Positions 26,330 to 40,556 of a DNA stretch of 64,000 bases are shown piece by piece. Location: the NCBI RefSeq assembly GCF_006345805.1, contig NC_043008.1:58962001-59026000 (forward strand), written 5' to 3'. The translations under genes and the position numbers were made by a program. The DNA comes from Octopus sinensis. Lineage: Eukaryota. Position 1 is the stretch's first letter. Each line of letters begins with the position of its first letter. A model generated the notes under the pieces. That model did no database searches. It saw nothing but the letters and a program-made list of their open reading frames with translations, and was not told the DNA's origin.

Positions 26330-26510
26330 ATTAGGGATATTTACTTATTTAATTGACTACTACGCTGACTGATTTATACATTGCTTAGCTAATTAGCTGC
26401 GAAATTAGCTGTCTGATGGGCTGGTCAGCTCACTGATTAGTTTTACTGGATCGTAGACAAGCTGTCTCCAATTTAGGCCCTTTACACTAGTTACTACCCC
26501 CTCCTAACAT
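26330..26510 (-). mobile_element. PLE family-B-related fragment
   Basis: Similar to 6950-7110 (gctgactgatttata...aattagctg...aatttaggccc); minus frame VTSVKGLN. Confidence 0.5.
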
Positions 26511-27131
26511 TTCCTGGATTTGGTTTGCAAGATTCTTTATATGAATTCGTGTGTTGAAGCACATTCTGTTGTGTCTGGGGAGAGTCATTTTCTTTTTTTG
26601 CCTTATAATTTAACACACTCACCGGTAAAATTTCCGCTAATTTCTTATTTTTATTTTCCTAAAATTTTCGTTGCGTCTTGAAACCTTTTCAATAGTCTTG
26701 ACTCTCCTAGAGATACAACAGAATAAATATATATATAATGCTAATAAATGCAATAATAAGGGCTTAAATATGGATCAATTCAAAAAGTTAAATCAAAACT
26801 TATTAATTAAATCATAAAAATAGTTAAATATAATGCCCTCAAAACCGGAAGTTCATATTAATATAGAGGTGAAGAGTTAAAGAACATCTGGGAATAATCT
26901 TAATTAGGGACATGCCAAAGCGAAACCAGGTAGAAATAAATATGTATTATTTACAGTGAGTTAGAAAATAGCTACACGTTTGGTTCATATAGTACAATTA
27001 ATTTAGAGGTAAAGAGCTAATGAGAAATTACAAACAAATTAGGGACATACACAAAATGAGACCCGGTAAATGTAACCATATATATTTTATATAAATATAT
27101 ATGTGGGCATAGATATATTTTTTGCGTATAC

Positions 27132-27186
<55 letters not shown>

Positions 27187-27381
27187 AATATATATACATA
27201 TGTGTGTGCGTGTGTGTGTGTATAAACTTTAAAAATTGCATCTTTATGAAACATCAGGACGTACATAGGATTCTGTATTCTGCTTTTATTCTATTTCTTC
27301 ATACTGTAAGACCAAAGTTATCCTTGCATAATATAAATATATACACGTGCTTATATACATATAGAATATGTATATATATAT

Positions 27382-27413
<32 letters not shown>

Positions 27414-27982
27414 TACATGTACCTCTATTAATATATATAGTTATATATGTTATATATATTTAGATTGCCAGCGGTTATATATATATATATATTTATATAT
27501 ACAGGCATCGCTGGTTTTGTTTCCTTTACAGGTTCACGACAAAATATGTTCTTGTTGAAAAGGTTCTACTTAGCTGTGCTTATAGCTTCACTGGAATAAA
27601 TATTAAAGCAATTCATTCTCTATCAGTACAAAACTTTCCTCACTTCTTTTATTTGGAACTTTTTACATTTGCCATTGACATCTGTTGTAAACATCATCCA
27701 CTCAAATGGTTTAACAAGTAAATCCTCTTGTAAGTGTAAGGCAGTGCATCCATAATTGATTAACAAGAAAACTGCTATATACGTGGTAGCACAAACATGA
27801 CATATCTTTACTTGTATACACACATTGCATACATAGGTGGTGGTATAAAAAGGTTCGCCAACTAGTTATCTTTAATAACAAATAACTTATTTATCTAAGT
27901 TTTCAAATCATCTCCTTCTGAACAGCCGCCTTGCGCAGCAATACTAGTGCATATATATATATATATACATATATATATTATT

Positions 27983-28264
27983 TGCCATTTTCAAGCCTAG
28001 CCAGGCCCATGGGTCCGGTTTCCCGGTTTCTGAGGCGTTTGTGTTCCCCCCAGCTACACGGGACGCCAGACCATCGCAGTGTTACTCAAGAAACACGAAG
28101 AGAGAGTGAGAGAAAGTTGGGGCGAAAGAGTACAACAGGGGCCGCCACCACCCCCTACGGAGCATCTTGGAGCTTTAGGTGTTTTCGCTCAATAAACACT
28201 CAACGCCGGTCTGGGAATCGAGACCGCGATCCTCCGACTGCGAGTCCGCTGCCCTAACGACTAG
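27983..28264 (-). mobile_element. SINE family S4 with tRNA-like head
   Basis: Head gttagggcagcggactcgcagtcggaggatcgcggtctcgattccc; body matches 1326-1572. Confidence 0.8.
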
Positions 28265-28266
28265 GA

Positions 28267-28299
<33 letters not shown>

Positions 28300-28322
28300 T
28301 ATGTATATACCATATATATATA

Positions 28323-28372
<50 letters not shown>

Positions 28373-28424
28373 CATACATACATACATACATACATAATAC
28401 ATACATACATACATACATACATAC

Positions 28425-29266
28425 AATGATTTTCATTTTTCATTTACATACAATGATTTCATTTTACCAGATATATTTACCAAAATTACCAAAATTACAT
28501 AAAAATATCTTGAAATAGTAAAGACTAAATTTTTTCAATAAAATCTTCAGCCTCGGTCTCCAGAAGACTTCGGAATTTCTTGCAGCATGTTGACGGTCTC
28601 CTTCTTTAAATTTGTGAATGTTGCTATAATCCTTGCCTTCAGTTAATCTTTGGTGTTAGAGGTTTTGTTGGTCTATCACTCAACTGTGTCCCACACATAA
28701 TAATCAAGTGGGTTGAATTCTGGGGAGTTAGATAGCCAGAGGTTAGGTGTGGTATGCCTGAGAGCCATGACTGGGTTCTCCTCTTTCTGTGGTATGGTAC
28801 AGTGTCCTGTTTCCAGACTTAGGGTTTTCCAGCATCCTCTTAACCCAGGGCAGTACTACCTCCTTAAAGTAGTTGATCTAGTTCTCCGTGTTAACCCTGA
28901 GGCTGTTTGGATAGATGAATGGAACTAACGTCACCATAACTAATGATTACACCAAACACCATGATGTTGAATGGATGTTTGATTTTTATCGCTCTCAGTA
29001 CATGTCCTTAGATTGCACTGTCATCATATTGACACCCAAACTCTCTGAAATGCTTGTATTGGAGTTTCCGCCGTAAATGCACAAGCAATACAGGATGCCT
29101 CTTCAAATTTCTAGCAAAGTGAATTGCGTCATAGTGCTGTTTTTCTAACAGACAGTACCCGACAGACCCTACTATACTGTGTAGTCGACAAAATCAAAAA
29201 CAAACAATGCACAGGAACGAAATAAAAAATTTTAAAATGGTAACAGTTTATCCATCGCACAGTGTA
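28425..29266 (-). mobile_element. Decayed maT-like (DD37D) transposon, internally deleted
   Basis: KHPFNIMVFGVI; LWLSNSPEFNPLDYYVWDTVE..TNKTSNTKD*LKARIIATFTNL (cf. WPPNSPDLNPLDY); one TIR at about 29235-29266. Confidence 0.8.
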
Positions 29267-29599
29267 TGTGTGTGTGGGGTGGGGTTGTATAAAGAGAAAA
29301 AGGGAGAAAAAGATAGATAAATAGATACATACATAAATAGAAGTAGAAACAGTCTAAGTGGAGTAAACAAAGAAATATCTTATGAAGTTAGACACGCAAT
29401 ACATGTTATAGAAAAGTGTTGAAAAATATAAGGATGCAATGACGATAAAGTTGTGACTATACTGAAAACGATATCTCAAATATATGGGTGTGATTCAACG
29501 TTTCGGGTTTTCCTCTTTATCAAAGATAATTATTGGTTTAGTAGAGAAAGAGAAAAAAAGTCTCATGATCATAGAAATTATTAAGTTTGTTTTATTCCT

Positions 29600-30330
29600 G
29601 CTTTTGATGAATGCATCCTTCAGGTCATCTTTTGCTTGCTTAATCACAATTAATTACTTTTAGTGTATAATTATTACTTCGGTTTACTTCATAATAACCA
29701 GTTTTGTTTGGCGGATAGAATTTTTTTGTGTCGATTTATCGTCCTTGTTATTAACAAACAATCCACCTTCAAATTTCTATAAAGTCTGATTGAGATTTAC
29801 AATATTATGTATTTTGTATGAATTTAAGTCACGATGTACGTCTGATTATTCGTTTTATTTTTAGCATCTTGTCTTGTAGATCGATATATTTTTGCTTGCT
29901 CATGTTTTAATTCTTTTCCTTCATTTTCCCATTTACATTTGTTAAGGAAATTTTGTCTCACGTTTATATTCGCCATTGCCATCACCAAATTAACGTTGCC
30001 TTTAGAAAAATAGAGAAAACAAAACAAACAAAAAATGAAAATACTATAACAACCTCCAATATTTATCGGTTGTAGTCCTCCATATTCATTTTCAGACATG
30101 CTTCTCCTATAATCTTTCTGTCCGTATTGCTAAGACTAATTATTTTTCTTTTAGATTATCTTTATTCTTCATAAAGAGAGGTATCTTTATTATTTGATTT
30201 GCATCTAAATATATACCTAAGTCGGTCTATGTTAAACTGAACATATACATTTCTTTTGAACATTCGACTTCCCTCGCCTTCAGAGTTTCTAAAGTTTCGC
30301 TTATTTTGGTGTAGTTTAAAGACTTCTGCA
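29600..30330 (-). pseudogene. Possible decayed APE-endonuclease region of a LINE
   Basis: LVMAMANINV (cf. ILAMDANAK), NEGKELK, TRQDAKNK...YIVT; multiple stops; family unresolved. Confidence 0.3.
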
Positions 30331-30369
30331 ATTAACACAAGTTTATTTCCTTTCCTAAATGGATTTTCA

Positions 30370-30978
30370 GGCTGCTTGGTATGACGTTTCGAGTCCAGTT
30401 CCACTGCATGGCACTTTGGGTGTCTTCTCCTATAGTTTCAGGATTTTGTCGACGGAAAGGCCCGTCATATATATATGTGTGTGTGTGTATGTTATGTATG
30501 TATGTATGTATGTATGTATTTATGTGTGTGTGTGGTGTGTGCGGTGTGTGTGGTGTACGTGTACGCGTGTGTGTTTGTGTCCGTGTTTTACCCCACCATA
30601 GAATAAAAACCACTTTCGGCGTGTTTAAGCTCCTGAAACTTAGCGGTTCGGCAAAGCGAACCGATAGAATGAGTACCGGACTTTATAAAATATAAGTATT
30701 GTAGCACTTATTCGACTGAAAAACTCCATTCGACTTTCAAAAACTCCTCAAAGCGGTACCCTATCGTGGCCGCAGTCTAATGTCTAAAATGAGAATATAA
30801 AAAGAAAAGAAGGAGCAGCTGTGTGGTTCCGGGTTCAGTCCCACTGCATGGCACCTTGGGCAGGTGTCTTCTACTATAAGTTCTGGGGTCGATTTATTTG
30901 ACTAAAAGAGGTGCTCCAGCATGGCCGCAGTCAAATGACTGAAACAAATAAAAGAATAAAAGAATAAAAGAGTAAAAG
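30370..30978 (+). mobile_element. Two adjacent SINE S2 copies (diverged 30370-30808; internally deleted 30812-30978)
   Basis: ccactgcatggcaccttggg..gtcttct..tatag; tail ccagcatggccgcagtcaaatgactgaaac(aataaaag)n. Confidence 0.75.
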
Positions 30979-31179
30979 AATTATTTTAAAATTCATCTTT
31001 ATAACTGGGAAACTAAGTTTTATTTTCTTCCACTTTCATAGTCAAATAACTTCGTCCATTTCACATCCGTTTTCCCGTATTTTACTAGTATTTTCAAAAC
31101 AGCAGCCGTATTCCAGACTAGTGTTTCTCGCCTTTAGAGATGGCTCTTAATATTAGTCGTTCTATAATACTTCAAAGAA

Positions 31180-31820
31180 ACGGGCTGGTAGAATCGTTAG
31201 GAAACTGGACAAAATTCCTTACAGTATTTCGTCCTTCTGAACGTTTAGTTCAATTTCTGCCGAGGTCGTCTTAGCCTTTCATCCTTTCGGTATCGATAAT
31301 ATAAGTACCACAGAAGCACATGTAATCGACTAAACCCCTCACCCAAATTTGAGGCCTTGTCCCTATAGTAGAAAGAAACATTAATAGTTTCACAGACGGC
31401 GATGAGCTGGCAGAATCGTTAACACGCTAGACAAAATGCTTCGCGGTACTTCGTCTGCCGCTACGTTCTGAGTTCAAATTCCGCCGAGGTCGACTCTGCT
31501 TTTCATCCTTTCGGGGTCGATTAAGTAAGTACAAGTTACGCACTGGGGTCGATATAATCGACTGAATCTGTTTGTCTGTCCTTGTTTGTCCTCTCTGTAT
31601 TTAGCCCCTTGTGGGTAGTAAAGAAATAGGTACTTCGTCTGTCTCCACATTGTGAGTTCAAATTCCTCTGATTCCACTTCTCTTGTCATTCTTTTGGAGC
31701 CGATAAAATAAGTACTAGCTAACCAACTGGGGTCGATAAATTAAAACTAGTTGACCAACTGGGGTCGATGTAATTGACTTAGTCACTTCCTCGAAATTCC
31801 TGTCCTTGTGCCAGAAAAAA
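31180..31820 (+). mobile_element. SINE S1 cluster (variant copy plus multimer)
   Basis: gagctggcagaatcgtta head at about 31404; junction aaagaaataggtacttcgtc at about 31625. Confidence 0.8.
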
Positions 31821-32287
31821 TGAAACCAGAATTAATAGTTTTACTTCCATTCCTGCGGATAATTTTGAATGCGTTTGTAGTTTCATCGGATATTTTTAGC
31901 GTTTAGTTATCTTATTTTGCGTTCACAATTTAATAGTGGTAAATTATGATAAATTATATTACAAGACTCAGCATGTAAAAGATTATATGTCGAAATGAAA
32001 GGTTAAATATTTCTGTTTTACTCTGCAGTATTAGAAATAGGGATGTGAAGAATCTCTATTCATTCTCCTTCGGTCGCACTTAAAGAAGATGGAGAACGGT
32101 CTTTCAATCAAAACATCGTTTAGTTTCTATAGTCTTTTATGTTGAGTATTCAGATTCTATATGACAGAATATAGTCCTTTGGGTAGGTTGAAAGGAACGT
32201 TAATTCTCAGGCGTTTTGGATGGTATTTGTATGTGTATGTGTGTGTGTTTGTGTATGTGCGTGTGTGTGTGTGTGCGTGTGCGTGTT

Positions 32288-32339
<52 letters not shown>

Positions 32340-32348
<9 letters not shown>

Positions 32349-32653
32349 TGTGTAGAGAGAGAGGGGGAGAAAGAGACAGATTCATTGAAAGAAGAAAAGG
32401 AGGGTAGATAGGTACATAGACAAAAAGAAAAGAAATTATTGATATTTGAAATTCTCGTTTCAATATTTTATGTCCTCATAAAATCATTTCATCCGAGAAC
32501 GTTAACCGAAATATATGTATACATATATATGTATATTATATATTATATATATATATATATACATATATATATACATGTTTATATATATATATATATATGT
32601 ATATATATACATATATATATACATGTTTAGATATATATATGCGTGTGTGTATA

Positions 32654-32708
<55 letters not shown>

Positions 32709-33050
32709 ACAAATATACCCGTGTGTATGCGTGTGTGTGTGTGCGTGTATGCGCGTATGTATTTATATATATAGACAAATAGATAGATATTCATATATGT
32801 ATAGACAGAGAGAGAGAGAGAGGTGGGGGAAATAGACAAAGATTCATTGAATGGAGGAAAGTATGGTAGATAGGTACATGGAAAAGTTTCGCGACGAAAA
32901 GAAAAGAAGTTATTGATATTTGAAATCCTCGTTTCAATATTTTATATCCTCATAAAATCATGTCATCCGAAAACGTTAATCGAAATATATGTATGCTTAT
33001 ATATGCCTGCCTATATGTGCGTATGTATACAAATATTTGTGCGTGTGTGT
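32340..33050. repeat. Old tandem duplication, period about 460-475 bp
   Basis: gattcattgaa...ggtagataggtaca...tattgatatttgaaat.ctcgtttcaatatttta..tcctcataaaatcat.tcatccga at about 32379 and 32841. Confidence 0.85.
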
Positions 33051-33576
33051 GTAGTGAGATAACGACTGACAGTTAGCTTACAAGGCCCTACGTAATTCGT
33101 GTCATATTTCGTTTTTATAATTAAATTTATTCCTCCCTGTTCCTAACAATATAATTTCTTTTCAAATGTCACGTTACAATATTTCAGTCTCCTCTTTCAA
33201 ATAAAGCATTACTCCTTCTAAATGTTATGACATATTAATTATTATAATATATTGTAACAAACGGGAGTGATTTAAGTATAAAAGCAACGTTGTTCGGTTT
33301 AATGTCGTTTTTTATTAATATTATTCCCAGTTTTATCACTTTACATATATATTCTTTCATATCATTTATTTAGCAAAAAACTCTCCGCTGACTTGACAGA
33401 GGTCGAGTGATTATTAGTCAGAGGTAAAACCATGGCAAAGAGTTGTTATATCAGTCTACCATTTTATTATTTATTTACATTGTATAGCAGCCTTTAATGA
33501 ATCGCGTTGTTTGTCTTAAGTTTGCATCCACAAGTCTCTTCCGTCCGAAGTAAAACATTATTGGGTACTGACGGTA

Positions 33577-33611
<35 letters not shown>

Positions 33612-33613
<2 letters not shown>

Positions 33614-33620
33614 GGCTTCA

Positions 33621-33676
<56 letters not shown>

Positions 33677-33974
33677 TGGCAAAAATTTTTGCTGGCAGAG
33701 AACATAAAAAATTTCATCTTACTTGTAGGATGAACATTAAATAAATGTACAACCCAGATGGGAATAATCTAGGACCTAGTTTTCGAACTTTTTTGTTCTT
33801 TTATTTTGTTCTTTTCTTCCCTTTTACGATCCCTCTTGATCGAAAACCTACGCCACCCCCTTTTTTTTTCATCCCCCAAAAGAAAAGCTCTACCTTGTGA
33901 CTTGTCCCATCTGTGTGCATGCCTGTGTGTCCCATAAAGAAACTTATCTATCTATCTATCGATCGATCTGTCTG

Positions 33975-34052
<78 letters not shown>

Positions 34053-34137
34053 GATCTATCTATCTATCTGTCAGTCTGTATATCTATCTATCTATCTGTC
34101 TATCTATCTATCTATCGATCTGTCTATCTATCTATCG

Positions 34138-34185
<48 letters not shown>

Positions 34186-34426
34186 GTCTATCTGTCTATC
34201 TATCTGTCTATCTATCTATCTATCTATCTATCTAGCTAGCTATAGCCTAAGGTCTTCGACAGAAAGGATGGAGAGGGGAAAATAAAAACGGAGCAACATT
34301 TCAGATAGTTCGTACTTACAGATATATATATAGGATAGTAGTACAACAATGCACCAATATTTACTGCATCAATGAATAGCAGTCGATAATATACGACTCT
34401 ATAGGCTTCACTGTGTATATATATAT

Positions 34427-34491
<65 letters not shown>

Positions 34492-34626
34492 ATATATATA
34501 ATATATACACTGGCAAAAATGTTTGCTGGCAGGGAACGTAAAAAATTTCATCTTACTTGTAGGATGAACATTAAATAAATGTACAACCCAGATGGGGATA
34601 ATCTAGGACCTAGTTTTCGAACTTTT
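33612..34626. repeat. Recent direct duplication (33612-33792 and 34402-34626) enclosing a repeat fragment and (TATC)n
   Basis: taggcttcactg(TA)n cactggcaaaaat...ggacctagttttcgaactttt twice; about 5 substitutions outside the microsatellite. Confidence 0.9.
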
Positions 34627-34804
34627 CAAATTACGTTTGTTAACTCAAATTTGATTAGTTCGCTTCGGCTTGATTCACCGAGACAAAATTTCAAACGTCG
34701 CTACGTCAATGCCAATATTACTCGTCTGAACGCCTAGCTGATAGCAGACTGAGAACAGTCAACAAGCTTTCAAAGTAAAAATATATTAAATAGTACAATA
34801 TATA

Positions 34805-35220
34805 GCCGCAGGAGTGGCTGTTTGGTAAGTAGCTTGCTAACCAACCACATGGTTCCGGGTTCAGTCCCACTGCGTGGCATCTTGGGCAAGTGTCTTCTGC
34901 TATAGCCCGGGCCGACCAAGCTTGTGAGTGGATTTGGTAGACGGAAACTGAAAGAAGCCTGTCGTATATATGTATATATATATAATGTGTGTGAAATATT
35001 TTGTGTGTCTGTGTTTGTTCCCCTAGCATTGCTTGACAACTGATGCTGGTGTTTTTACGTCCCCGTCACTTAGCGATTCGGCAAAGGAGACCGATAGAAT
35101 AAGTACTGGGCTTACAAAGAATAAGTCCTGGGGTCGAGTTGCTCGACTAAAGGCGGTGCTCCAGCATGGCCGCAGTCAAATGACTGAAACAAGTAAAAAG
35201 AGTAAAAAGAGTAAAGAGTA
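34805..35220 (+). mobile_element. SINE family S2, full length
   Basis: gcaggagtggctgtttggtaagtagcttgct...gggttcagtcccactgcgtggcatcttgggcaagtgtctt (CORE-like)...tail (aaagagt)n. Confidence 0.9.
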
Positions 35221-35269
35221 TATGTTAAAGTATAAATATAAGATAGTGGTACAATAATGCGCCAATATT

Positions 35270-36250
35270 ACATGTACCTGTAAGAAAATTCCCCGAGTTC
35301 CACTTTGCCTTACATCCTTCAGGGGTTGATAAAATAAGTATCAGTTGAGTACTGAGGTCGATGTAATCTACTAATCCCTTCCTCCCTAAAATTTCAGGCC
35401 TTGTGTCTATAAAGGAAATGATATTATATGTTAGGGAGCTAATTTCTCCAACTTTATTTAGATTTTCATTCAGTCGTAAATATTGGCTTGAAATGTTTGC
35501 CACAAGGTCAGCAGTTTCTGAGCAGGGCTTAGGTCGATTAGATCGAATCCAGGGCATAACTGGTACTTATTTTATCGACTTCGAAACGATGAAAAGCAAA
35601 GTTGATCTCGAAGGAATTTGGACACACGACATAAAGACATACGAAATGAGCTAGTATTTTGCTCGGTATACCAACCATTCTTCCAGCTCGTCACCGCTAT
35701 AATAATCTTTTCTACACTAGGCACAAGTCCTGAAATTTTGGGGGGCAAGTGGGCCAGTCGATTAGATCAAACCCAGTATACAACTGGTACTTGATTTATC
35801 GATCCCGAAAGGATTAAAGGCAAAGTCGACCTCGGCGGAATTTGAACTCAGAACGCTAAGCATTTCGCCCAGCGTGCTAACGTTTCTTATTTCTTTAATG
35901 CCCGCAAGGGGCTAAACAGAGAGGGGACAAACAAGAACAGGCAAAGGGATTAAGTCGATTACATCGACCTCAGTGCGTAACTGGTACTTACTTTATCGAC
36001 TCCGAAAGGATGAAAGGCAAAATTGAACTCGGCGGAATTTGAACTCAGAACGTAACGGCAGACGAAATACCTATTTCTTTACTACCCACAAGGGGCTAAA
36101 CATACAGAGGACAAACAAGGACAGACAAACGGATTGAGTCGATTATATCGACCCCAGTGCGTAACTGGTACTTATTTAATCGACTCCGAAAGGTCGACCT
36201 CGACGGAATTTGAACTCAGAACGTAGCGGCAGACGAAATACCGCTAAGCA
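35270..36250 (-). mobile_element. SINE S1 cluster: short plus-strand piece, then a minus-strand head-to-tail array
   Basis: Repeated aaagtcgacctcggcggaatttgaactcagaacg; junctions at about 35886 and 36071. Confidence 0.85.
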
Positions 36251-37467
36251 CCAAAAAAGTAAATGCTATGTTCGCAGCTTTCCAAACAAAGTATATTAAG
36301 CGACGATTTATCATAAAATTCACACAAGAAGAACCGAAAGTGCGTTACTGACACAGGGACATAACTAGCTCTAACCTCAAATAAATTCCTGTGGTGACGT
36401 AACATTGTACCACATATTGATTTCGATTAATAAGCAATATCGGTGTTAATTATAGAAATCGGATAAAATATCAATAAATCATTGATTGAATTACTATTGC
36501 CACAAAATAATAAAATAGGCGTCAGAGAAATTGAAAGGTTTTCGTAAGAATGTCATAAACGTGAGCGTCAGTATTCTAATCAGAGATTGTATTCTAATCT
36601 CAGACTGACATTGATAGTAAATCTCCTTTGCAAATTAGAATTTTATTGAAGCATTTCCATAAAAAGTAGTATTAGAATGGCAAGTATCTGGTTACATATA
36701 ATATAATATTTTCGATATATTATTAAACATTTATGGATGGAAACAGATGCTTATTATGTATTACATTGTAACAAGTATTTGAGACACAAAAGAAAAATAA
36801 AACCTGTGAAGAAGCGAGAGTCTAAAGCAAGTAATTGACCATAATACTTTCCAAAGTTTAGTCCAGTCTGTGAGATAGAACAAAAGTAATTTTTCATCAC
36901 AGCCAGTTCAGTTCATTTGTGTTGGTTTAAGAGAGAAATACAAGTTATGAAAATTGTTGTTTTGGAAAACTTCCTGCTTGTTCTCGATTACAACGTCACT
37001 GTAATTCTAGATAGCAATGACAAAATCCAACAAGATTTTGAGCGTTCATAGTTAAATTAAGAAATAATAGAACTTAATAAGTTTCGTTTAGTGAAAGAAG
37101 AGAATATATGAATAAATATATATGAGAAAGCAATAGTTTTAATTCCATTATATGTAGGAATTGTTAATTGAAACAGGAAATATCATAAATACATGATGCT
37201 AATACATATCAAATCCTTCATTTGACAGTGCAAAGTTATTTTATATACAAGGTTGTCAAACACCAACATAGCAACTCATGTGTACTCTTACAAATATCAC
37301 TTGATATTCTGACCGAAATCGTGACATAAAGCTGATATAATCCTTTCTATTGACCGCAGTACGTGAATGGGATTCATTCTGTTGAACCCTGAGAGATGAA
37401 AACGAAATATGACCTCGGTAAGGTTTGAAATCATATGGGAACTAAGCAAAGATTTAGCGGGGACGTT

Positions 37468-37693
37468 ATCTTTTATGTTTCAGTTATTAGACTGTGGCCA
37501 TGCTGGAGCACAGCCTTGAAGAATTTTTAGTAGAAGGAATCGACCCCAGTACTTTATTTTTTTAAGCTCGGTACTTATTTTACCCGTCCCTTTTGCCGAG
37601 CCGCTAGGTTACTGAGAATAATCACACCAGCATCGGTTGCGAAGCGGTGGTGAAGGTCAAACACATACATACATACATACATACATACATACA

Positions 37694-37727
<34 letters not shown>

Positions 37728-38020
37728 CATGTGTGTAAATTCGAACAACGAGAATGGGTGCTCAACACCGCATTGGTGGGTAAAATTTCTTTATTTGTGC
37801 ATTAAGGCTACCATTGGTTATCAAGAAAAATATCTTGATATCTTACTTTTTCAAGCCCATCACGTGGAGGGCTGGTGTTCGTCTCCATTTTGGATATGGG
37901 CTTCTTTCATTTTCCGTCTACCATGGGTGTAATAGATGACACCCGCTAAAAGTGTCACAAAATGGGGCTGAACCCAAAATCAAATGGTTGAGAAATAAGC
38001 TTCTTACCTCACAGCCACGC
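37468..38020 (-). mobile_element. Diverged SINE S2 with internal insertion
   Basis: gtttcagttattagactgtggccatgctggagcac tail; cttcttacctcacagccacgc head. Confidence 0.7.
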
Positions 38021-38661
38021 ATGTAAAAATATTTGAATAAATAATATTTAAATAAATGTGGTGATTCTCAATGCTAATTGGTGAAGTAAATATTAAGTAT
38101 ACCAAAAGCAAAAACAAAAAAAAATCTAACATTGAACCAAAAACAAGCAATGCAATGATGCATTTGTGTAACTCAATCCCTCATCAGCTCTGTTTTGTCA
38201 GAAGTATTACTAAAGGCATTCGCACGGTGAACATTGCGACTGTATTTCAAACATATATGCCGAGAACTACATTATCCAGTGTATACATACATTCTTAAAC
38301 ACAATGGGATTTGATTCAAATGAGATCTGATTGTTAGATAGCGCAGGTAGGTAAACCATTTAAGTAGCTTCCAAGTTTGTATTCATACCTCGTGACAAAC
38401 TAGAAAGATCTGGGTTGTTGTAGATATTTTTTTATTCACGTCACCACATTATACCTCTGTACGTTTTGAAAAGCATCAATTTGTTTTTTCTTAAAATTTG
38501 TTTAACGCTAATAATAATCAGCGTCCTTCGTTTATATGCTTATGTAACGTGTATTGTTATTTTCCTCTCTGTTAATAATACAGTTGTGCAGAGATGAAGT
38601 ATGGACTTTGTCATACCAGCGATATTCTATGATTTAATACATATAGATATAATATATATAT

Positions 38662-38732
<71 letters not shown>

Positions 38733-39049
38733 CCCCACACATACACATGTATATATATATATATAGTACGTTCCACACAATCTTCTGACGTTCGTTCATG
38801 CACATTTTGAATCGTTTTGTTACAATAAATGCCACAAAAGATCTACGGCAAAGTTCCGTCTCAAACAGTTTGGAAAAAAGCGAATTCGTAATGGTTTATT
38901 TAAAAACAGAGCACAGACAGACAGAAAGAGAAAAGCAGAGAGAAAAAGAGAGAGAGCGAGAACGAGAGAGATTACGAGACGAATGGAATCTTTAATAACA
39001 GAGGACACAAATACAATAATATTATGGATACTACAAATACTTATAATGG

Positions 39050-39078
39050 TAGTAGTAGTAGTAGTAGTAGTAGTGGTA

Positions 39079-39116
<38 letters not shown>

Positions 39117-39220
39117 ATAATATTAATATAATAATGATGATATAATATAATAATAATAATAATATAATAATAATAATAATGAATGATAATATATGATAAT
39201 AATAAATACAATAATAATAA
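39050..39220. repeat. (TAG)n/(TAA)n microsatellite
   Basis: Direct reading. Confidence 0.95.
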
Positions 39221-39443
39221 TATTTGTAGGACACATAAATAGATAAATATATATATAATAAGTATAAATATGTATGTATATATATATGTATATGTATATA
39301 TAGATATATATATATAATATATATAATATATATATATATATATATACACATACATATATATATATACATATATATATACATGCGTTTATTGTACATCACG
39401 CACACTTATATATAAGTATAAATATATATGTATATATATGTAC

Positions 39444-39537
<94 letters not shown>

Positions 39538-40513
39538 GCATTTATTGTGTATCACGCATACGTATATATTTTTATGTGTGCGGACGTGTGTCTCTGTCGA
39601 GTATATTGAACATAGTTAACAAATACTATTAACAGCAGTCGATGACAAAGACTTCGACGACGACGACGACGAAGTCTACGATGAATACGATGACGAAGAT
39701 GATACCAATAATGCTGATGATGATTATCACGATTATGACAATAGTGACTTTGTAGGATGCCGCTATTGTAGGAATAAATCATCACAATGACACGAGATGT
39801 ATGAATTCATCGCAATTCACTGCTTTGCTTGGAACAAGAAATTCGCTAACAAGACTAAATATTCGAAAATAATAACGCTTATTGTTTGTTTAGGAAACTT
39901 ATTCTTTGCACAACGACAAAAGCATAAGATGCTCATTCAACGTGACTGTTTTGTATATATATGGTGAGACTTCGGTAGGATTTACTCAGCTTAACACATC
40001 GATATATTCTTGGGAATGGGAGAGAGAGAAAAAAAAAAGAAACGACAAGAGGAAATCAAGGAGAGCTTGTCCCATTTCTATACGAAAGGAAGTAAGTGTT
40101 GGGTAATTGTTTGTTTTGCTATAGTTGTAGGTATTTTTTTATATATATAACAGAACACCATTTTATTTAGACAGTTATATATTATGATAAAGTTTTCAAC
40201 AACGTACACGTATAGGCGGCTTTCATCCAAACTAGAGGAATATGGACGCGAGCACATATATACAGGCACAACGTCTATTCAGGCATGCAAACAATCAACC
40301 GCACGCAAATACACACATACATACGCACACATACATGTTTATACACATCCATATACGAGTCATTATCTATCTAATTACCTCTATATCGATCTGCTTATTT
40401 CTTTCTGTGTATATACATATATTACATACACACACATACACATATACATATATTCATATATATATATATATAATCTCTCTCTATATATATATAAAGATAT
40501 ATATAAATATATA

Positions 40514-40556
<43 letters not shown>

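Noticed and set aside
39625-39790. Asp-rich reading frame (DDKDFDDDDDEVYDEY...)
   Set aside because: Decayed (GAT/GAC)n microsatellite, bounded by stops, with no convincing splice sites
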